A stretch of DNA of 64,000 nt. It comes from Eledone cirrhosa. Lineage: Eukaryota. Shown here piece by piece: positions 57,181 to 64,000 of this stretch. The translations under genes and the position numbers were made by a program. The stretch lies in NCBI GenBank assembly GCA_964016885.1, contig OZ024764.1, positions 15,314,001 through 15,378,000 of the forward strand. Direction: 5' to 3'. The notes beneath the pieces are model-generated. The model was not told the origin of the DNA. It ran no database searches and saw only the letters and a list, made by a program, of their open reading frames with translations. Each line of letters starts with the position of its first letter. The first letter of the stretch is position 1.

Positions 57181-57258
57181 TGATGGTGGTAATAGTGATG
57201 ATGATGATGATGGTGGTAGTGATGTTAACATAAAAGAAGCCTGCCCCTCAACACTTAC

Positions 57259-57456
57259 CTCTGACTGTGATGTGGGTCTCTTGTTGATTCCATGCAAAAT
57301 AGAGTCCCAGGACCTGGCCGTGACAATACAGGAGAAAAGCCCATAAAACTCAGCACAGTTCAGTTTCTCTGCTGACCTCCGAATGGCTGAAATATCGGCG
57401 TTGAGTAAGGACATCCACAGCTGACAGTAGTCCAGTCGGAATGTATCGGTGAGGAT
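57259..57456 (-). CDS. ADCK1: ADCK1 exon (ILTDTFRLDYCQLWMSLLNAD...FSCIVTARSWDSILHGINKRPTSQSE)
   Basis: 198 nt, donor GAG|gtaagt. FRL.YC.LW and TARSWDS motifs typical of ADCK1. Confidence 0.95.
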
Positions 57457-57638
57457 CTGCAGATAAGGGCAGGAGATAAATGGTTCAGCTTATTGATATG
57501 TAATGGTGGTGGTGCTGCTATGATGATGTGTGGTGATGGTGGTGTTGTGGTGATGGTGGTGTGTGGTGATGGTGGTGTTGTGGTGTGGTGATGTGTGGTA
57601 TGGGAGTGTGGTGATGTGTTTAGTGGCAGTATAGTGGT

Positions 57639-58205
57639 GTCCTATCATGTTGTAACAGCTCACACCTATGTAGGTTTAGCTGGCCTCCTACAGGGTTGTA
57701 TCTCATAGGAGGTTTATCTGGTGTTTTAATGATAGGGACCCCAGTCCTATCATGTTGTTACAGCTCACACCTATGTAGGTTTAGCTGGCCTCCTACAGGG
57801 TTGTATCTCATAGGAGGTTTATCTGGTGTTTTAATGATAGGGACCCCAGTCCTATCATGTTGTTACAGCTCACACCTATGTAGGTTTAGCTGGCCTCCTA
57901 CAGGGTTGTATCTCACAGGAGGTTTATCTGGTGTTTTAATGATAGGGACCCCAGTCCTATCATGTTGTTACAGCTCACACCTATGTAGGTTTAGCTGGCC
58001 TCCTACAGGGTTGTATCTCACAGGAGGTTTATCTGGTGTTTTAATGATAGAGACCCCAGTCCTATCATGTTGTTACAGCTCACACCTATGTAGGTTTAGC
58101 TGGCCTCCTACAGGGTTGTATCTCATAGGAGGTTTATCTGGTGTTTTAATGATAGAGACCCCAGTCCTATCATGTTGTTACAGCTCACACCTATGTAGGT
58201 TTAGC
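57639..58205. repeat. 102-bp tandem repeat (about 5.5 copies) in an ADCK1 intron
   Basis: Visible 102-bp periodicity. Confidence 0.93.
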
Positions 58206-58349
58206 AAAGTAGAATGAAATATCTTGCTCAAGAACTCAACGTGCCATCCCGTCCAGGAATGAAAGCCCCTAAAAGCCAGCAATTGTGAGTCCAACACCCA
58301 AACCACTAGGCCATAACGCCAAAACAATATCTCCTAAACACTATCTTAC

Positions 58350-58496
58350 CTGATACAAACCATGGTCAAGAAGAGTTAATTGGGTGTTCCCCTCCTTGGT
58401 CTTCTTAACGAGCAAATTACCTGGATGTGGGTCGCAGTGTACGTAGCCATGTGTGAAGATCATTTCGCTGAAAATCTCGCCTAATTTCCGGGAGAC
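58350..58496 (-). CDS. ADCK1: ADCK1 exon (VSRKLGEIFSEMIFTHGYVHCDPHPGNLLV...LLDHGLYQ)
   Basis: 147 nt, donor CAG|gtaag. Catalytic loop HCDPHPGN and LLDHG (the DFG equivalent in ADCK1/ADCK5). Confidence 0.96.
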
Positions 58497-58698
58497 CTGT
58501 GGTGGTAGATGGAAAACATTTGACGTGTGTGGTGTTGGTAGGGAGGGGATAGATATGTCGGTGTGTGTATATATAAATATATACATGTATATACATATAC
58601 ATACATATATATATATATATATTCTGTCCAGGAAGCTCCAAACGTTAAGGTTGTCTTTTTTTCCGGGTATGTCAATATTTATTTATAAAACAAATCTG

Positions 58699-58764
58699 TA
58701 TTTTATCTGATGAAAGCGCACCATAATTTGCCTTGGTTGCCCTTGAAATATGTATAATAAAATA
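58699..58764 (+). ncRNA. Type-I hammerhead ribozyme fold, antisense within an ADCK1 intron
   Basis: TATTTTAT-CTGATGA-AAGCGCA..TGCCCTT-GAAATA tg TATA-ATAAAATA. Confidence 0.6.
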
Positions 58765-59129
58765 AATATGGTTTTATAAATATAGTTTCCATTTATTAAT
58801 AAGTATATATATATATATAAATATTTACACATACACCAATTAAACAAAGTCACAGGTATGTAATGCACTGGGTAATTGCTGGCCCTGTGCCTAACGTAGA
58901 AACAATTATCAAATAATTCTCTGGACATGCTTTACTCTATAGTATATATATATAAAAAGCCTCTCAGTCCACACTGTAAACGTGGTTGGTGTTAGGAAGG
59001 GCATCCAGCCGTAGAAAACCTGTCAGATAGTCCTATATGAGCGAGACACAGTCACCTGACCAACCTTGCTTCAAGTGGGACAACTCCTGTCTAACCCATG
59101 CTAGGGTGAAGATAGATGTTAAATGATGA

Positions 59130-59178
<49 letters not shown>

Positions 59179-59870
59179 AACAGGTAAGACCCCGACGGCT
59201 GAGCTCAAGCCGTTTCGACGGCTAATTCTGAATTCGACGGCTAGTCCAGATCATCATCATCATTTAACATCTATCTTCCACCCTAGCATGGGTTAGACAG
59301 GAGTTGTCCCACTTGAAGCAAGGTTGGTCAAGTGACCGTGTCTCGCTCATATATGACTATCTGACAGGTTTTCTACGGCTGGATGCCCTTCCTAACACCA
59401 ACCATATTTACAGTGTGGACTGGGAGCCTTTTTACCGTGTTACCTACATGACCAGTGTGGACTGGGAGCCTTTTTACCGTGTTACCTACATGACCAGTGT
59501 GGACTGGGAGCCTTTTTACCGTGTTACCTACATGACCAGTGTGGACTGGGAGCCTTTTTACCGTGTCCCCTACATGACCACAGTGTGGGCTGTGTGTTAT
59601 TTTGTCGTGACACCTACACGGCCTCATTAGTTTGGACTGGATGTTGTGGTACCAACATAACTTTACAGAGAAAGGGGTGGTGTTGGTGGGAGTGGAAGGA
59701 TGTATATATATATATGTGTGTATATATACATATATATATATATACAGATATATATACACATATATATACACACACACATATATATATATAATTACATTAA
59801 AAGATACCCTCTTCCCCCGGTGTTCTGTAGAAACAATAAAAGTCTATAGATTATAGAGAAGTGACTCTAC

Positions 59871-59987
59871 CTCATTCACTGATATGTTGTTGGCTTTCAT
59901 GTATTCCTGGTTGTCAATGGTGGCACCATCACAGTATTCCATTGTGAGAATCTTGTCTGAAGAATATTTCCAATATATCTCTGGAAT
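59871..59987 (-). CDS. ADCK1: ADCK1 exon (IPEIYWKYSSDKILTMEYCDGATIDNQEYMKANNISVNE)
   Basis: 117 nt, acceptor ttaccag, donor GAG|gtag. P.I.W..S...L.ME..DG motif. Confidence 0.93.
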
Positions 59988-60244
59988 CTGGTAAAAAAAT
60001 ATGTTGGATAGAAAACATTTCCTAAATAAACGGTTAGGTTGATGAATAAATTGGGCAAGTTTAACCCTTTAGTTACCAATATGGCCAAAACCAGCTCTGG
60101 TTCTACAAAACAAAACCCCCCATTTTAAAGGTTTCCTAGTTAACCCTTTAGTTAACATGGCCAAAACCAGCTCTGGTTCTATGAAATAAAACCACCCATT
60201 TTAAAAGTTTCTAATTTAAATTAAAATCTTCCAACATAATTTTA

Positions 60245-60453
60245 CAGGGAGACCACAAAAACACTCCTTGATTTCAAATACTTATATCAAAACTTAAATG
60301 AATATTCTTACAATATTGGTGGCTACAGTTGCATAAACTAACAAAGTTTCTTTCCTCATTTGCAGAATTGACTCAATCCACTAGATGGCAGTGTAATTCA
60401 AGATGGTGTTCACTCTACAACAATGTAGCTGGGGTGTTTTTGTGGTTATCCTG
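60245..60453. mobile_element. Tc1/mariner-type MITE nested in a TTAA-flanked MITE (about 60064-60583)
   Basis: TA|CAGGGAGACCACAAAAACAC...GTGTTTTTGTGGTTATCCTG|TA; outer termini TTAA|CCCTTT...AAAGGG|TTAA. Confidence 0.7.
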
Positions 60454-60726
60454 TATATAAAAACCTTACATTAAGTTACTATCTTTGTAATGAAATAATT
60501 AATAACTTTAGTAAATCGCTTAAAATTCTTCATTAATTAGTTGAAATAGAATCTATTTGATTAGAAATATGGTCATGAAAGGGTTAAAGACATTACACCA
60601 AAGCAACCTGTACAACTATTAGTCTAATTAAGAGCCTTAACTCTTTCAGAGCTGAGCCCCTCTGTCTAATTTTACCCTACTCCTGGGTTCTTGAGCAAAA
60701 AAAACAAATAGTCGTGCAAAGAGTAC

Positions 60727-60885
60727 CTTTAAAAAGCGGAAATGTCGAAGCATCTCAGCAACTTTGACGCAGTTTTTCCCTTCTTGTTGGAAGTCCAACT
60801 CTAATGGAAGATTCTTCTCCGTTTCCTGAGCTAACCAAGTGTATTTGAAGCCAGGGAATACATATTTTATGGCCTGCACTAAAAA
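60727..60885 (-). CDS. ADCK1: ADCK1 exon (FLVQAIKYVFPGFKYTWLAQETEKNLPLELDFQQEGKN...FRFLK)
   Basis: 159 nt, AG/GT bounded. Contains the ELDF..EG.N motif of ABC1 kinases. Confidence 0.95.
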
Positions 60886-61119
60886 CTAGAGAAATAATAA
60901 TGGTTTAGGAACAAGGCATGTGTACATCATCATCAACATCATCGTTTAACGATTATCTTCCATGCTAGCATGGGTTAGACGGGAATTGTCCCACTTGAGG
61001 CAAGATTGGTCGGGTGACTGTGTCTTGCTCGTATAGGACTGTCTGGCAGGTTTTCTACGGCTGGATGCTCTGAAATAGCGATGTATATATAGCTAAGCTA
61101 GTAAAACAAGCTTTCTTAC

Positions 61120-61278
61120 TGTCATGGTCTTTATATCGATGTATGAGCGAGCTTTCACGTGGGGATACTGTATCTTCACAGCAACATCAGTCCCATCTTT
61201 CAGTTGAGCCTTGTACACCTGGGACAGGGAAGCAGACCCTATTGGCTTTGGATCTATCCAAGTAAATACATCTTCAGG
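61120..61278 (-). CDS. ADCK1: ADCK1 exon ([53 protein letters not shown])
   Basis: 159 nt, donor gtaag. Ala-rich loop GSASLSQV and VAVK catalytic Lys. Translated by hand; not in the ORF track. Confidence 0.95.
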
Positions 61279-61444
61279 CTGAAAAAAAGAGAAAAGAGAG
61301 AGCCTGTATATAGTGTTTTTTACACATCATGTTTTCCTGTTTGTCTGCTTTAATTCTTACTGCCTGAGGTGACAGCCAATAATGGCTGTCACTGAAATAT
61401 ATACACATATATATATATATACACACATATATATATATATATAT

Positions 61445-61491
<47 letters not shown>

Positions 61492-61892
61492 TATATACAC
61501 ATATATATATACTACACACATATATATATACATATATATATATATACAAATATATATATACACACATATATACATACATATATATATACACATATATATA
61601 TACACACATATATATATATATATATACACATATACATATATACATATATATACACATATATATATACACATATATATATATACTACACACATATATATAT
61701 ATACATATATATATATACAAATATATATATACACACACACATATATATATATATATACATATATATACACATATATATATACACACACACACATATATAT
61801 ATATACACACATATACATATATACATATATATACACACATATATATATATACACATATGTAGAAAGACAACGACATTACAGAGTCCCCCTAC

Positions 61893-62096
61893 CTTCTGTT
61901 TGAATTCTTTCCGGAAGACGGCAAACATTTGGTCAACAGGTGTGATGGGTACCTTGTCGTAGAGTAGGGACATGGTGTCAACGTATTCCTTGGGTAGCAA
62001 GTGGTCCAACGAGCCGATGTGTTGGCCCACCTTGATAAAAACACCCCCGTTTTTCAGGCAGACATTACGCAGTCTCTCGGCCGATCTGGTGTGGAG
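61893..62096 (-). CDS. ADCK1: ADCK1 exon ([38 protein letters not shown]...FKQK)
   Basis: 204 nt, AG/GT bounded. Contains the UbiB-family KxGQ motif (IKVGQ). Confidence 0.95.
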
Positions 62097-62212
62097 CTGG
62101 CAGGGAGAGAAGGAAGACAATGGAGGAGGATGAGGGAATAAAAGAAAGTAGAGGAATTTATATATATACACATATATATGTACATATGTCTACATATATA
62201 TATACACATATA

Positions 62213-62264
<52 letters not shown>

Positions 62265-62284
62265 GTATATATTTTATATACTAT

Positions 62285-62315
<31 letters not shown>

Positions 62316-62408
62316 GGTTTAGCGTCCGTGTTCCACGCTTGCATGATACTATATAGTATATATCTTATCTTGTGATTCTATAGACATGTTTTATGATATA
62401 TACATATA

Positions 62409-62460
<52 letters not shown>

Positions 62461-62469
<9 letters not shown>

Positions 62470-62715
62470 CGTAAAATAAGAAAATTATAAAATTAACTTA
62501 CTTACTAAAATATCACTTCCAACTAATTAGTTTCTGAAATGGAGTAAATATATTTTCCGAAGAAGATATAGAGAAACATTCCGTCGTCACGTCAGAATGT
62601 TTCTCTATATCTTCTTCGGAAAATATATTTACTCCATTCCAGAAACTAATTAGTTGGAAGTGATATTTTAGTAAGTAAGTTAATTTTATAATTTTCTTAT
62701 TTTACGTCTCTCATA
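62461..62715. repeat. Palindrome with arms of about 120 bp in an ADCK1 intron
   Basis: Near-perfect inverted arms around the spacer cgtcgtcacgtca. Confidence 0.9.
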
Positions 62716-62827
62716 TTATTGTTCTGCAACCCCATGCATTGAACCACAATGTTACTAAGACAAAACCTATATATTTGCTAGCATTGATATGCATCTGTAT
62801 GTATATATATGTTACTAGATATTAATT

Positions 62828-62879
<52 letters not shown>

Positions 62880-63084
62880 AGTCCACACTGTAAATGTGGT
62901 TGGTGTTAGGAAGGGCATCCAACTGTAGAAAACCTGCCTAAACAGTCCTCTACGAGCGAGACACAGACACCCAATCAATCTTGCCTCAAGTGGGACATTT
63001 CCTCGATCGACTAACCCATGTTAGCGTGGAAAATAGACATTAAACGATGATGATGATGATGATGATTATATATATATATATATA

Positions 63085-63419
63085 TATAAAGAATTAAAAA
63101 GAACAGAAAGATGCAGTAAAAGAGATTTATTCGGTTCTAACGTACGTTTCAATAGACATCTATTTGCCTAGATCTCGCTACATCTATAATATTATATATT
63201 TAGTAGAGCATTCGATATCCAATGCACAATCGATCCCATATCATCAGAGATAATCTCTGATGATATGGGATCGATTGTGCATTGGATATCGAATGCTCTA
63301 CTAAATATATAATATTATAGATGTAGCGAGATCTAGGCAAATAGATGTCTATTGAAACGTACGTAAGAACCGAATAAATCTCTTTTACTGCATCTTTCTG
63401 TTCTTTTTAATTCTTTATA
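63085..63419. mobile_element. Palindrome with arms of about 165 bp and hammerhead cores, in an ADCK1 intron
   Basis: Axis tcatcagaga-ta-atctctgatga. CTGATGA at 63257 and GAAACG-TA-CGTA-AGA at 63354-63368. Confidence 0.85.
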
Positions 63420-63755
63420 CACGCCCCGGAATATAGCTAAACTGGATTATACACCTTTTTTCTGCATTTCGTTGAGCACCACTCTGTTGTAAGCTGACAT
63501 TCCACTACACGGTACATAACACTGTGTCCTGGAAAACATTAATGCACTCGTGCATAACCAATTATATATATATATATATCATCATCACCGTTTAACGTTC
63601 ATTTTTTTCCCCGCCAGAATGAGCTAGACGAGTTATCCTGTTGTGAGAAATGCCAGGTGAGGTGACCATGTCTTGCTCATACAGAACTGGTTCTGGCTTG
63701 GGTTCTACAGCTTTATATAAACTCTACTAGCCTGAAAGACAATGAATTCGCTCAC

Positions 63756-63839
63756 CTTTGACTTACAGATTCCATATTCTTCATGTGTCGGATCAACCTT
63801 CCACAGTGTCCATTTGTAATCACAAGCTATATACAGGGC
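63756..63839 (-). CDS. ADCK1: ADCK1 coding exon, first visible (ALYIACDYKWTLWKVDPTHEEYGICKSK); upstream exon(s) lie outside the window
   Basis: 84 nt, acceptor ttacag and donor AAG|gtgagc. Joins in frame to the next exon and resembles the ADCK1 'DY...EEY...SK' segment preceding H.RSA.RL. Confidence 0.85.
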
Positions 63840-63929
63840 CTGTAACATCACCAAACTGAAATATTAGATGTAGTGTACAGAAGAAAGGACTGAGTTGGTA
63901 TCACAGTTATGTGATACTTACTATATTAA

Positions 63930-64000
63930 CCCTTTAGCATTTATATTACTCTATATATACTATTGTATTTTCACAGTAAAGTCTTTACCTCACATAACAT
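63930..64000. mobile_element. piggyBac-like MITE with the 72-bp unit, cut by the window edge
   Basis: TTAA|CCCTTTAGCATTT followed by the 72-bp unit. Confidence 0.75.

Noticed and set aside
56860-57258. Extension of an ADCK1 exon through the 184-aa ORF
   Set aside because: There is a strong gtaagt donor at 57258. The read-through is a CR1 fragment that happens to be in frame.

Overview
This is eukaryotic, repeat-saturated animal DNA, not prokaryotic. The SINE types, abundant (TA)n/(CA)n/(GGT)n microsatellites and intron sizes suggest a mollusc, probably an octopus-like cephalopod (inference). One real gene is supported: an ADCK1 (UbiB/ABC1 atypical kinase) orthologue on the minus strand. Eight coding exons lie between 63839 and 56225, all seven introns are GT-AG and phase 0, and the N-terminus lies beyond the window. 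Nearly all ORFs in the supplied track are artefacts of microsatellites or tandem repeats. The rest is a mosaic of SINEs, CR1-, RTE-, Tx1- and Penelope-like retroelement fragments, TTAA-flanked piggyBac-like and TA-flanked Tc1/mariner/pogo MITEs, and a Helitron-type end. Minisatellite arrays (43, 48, 51, 60, 61, 72, 79, 102 bp units) are common, and several visibly grew from internal segments of transposons. The most notable signal is about ten long near-perfect palindromes, many abutting (TA)n/(CA)n tracts. Two of them, plus a further dispersed family, contain complete type-I hammerhead ribozyme folds consistent with Penelope-like element termini, some inside ADCK1 introns.
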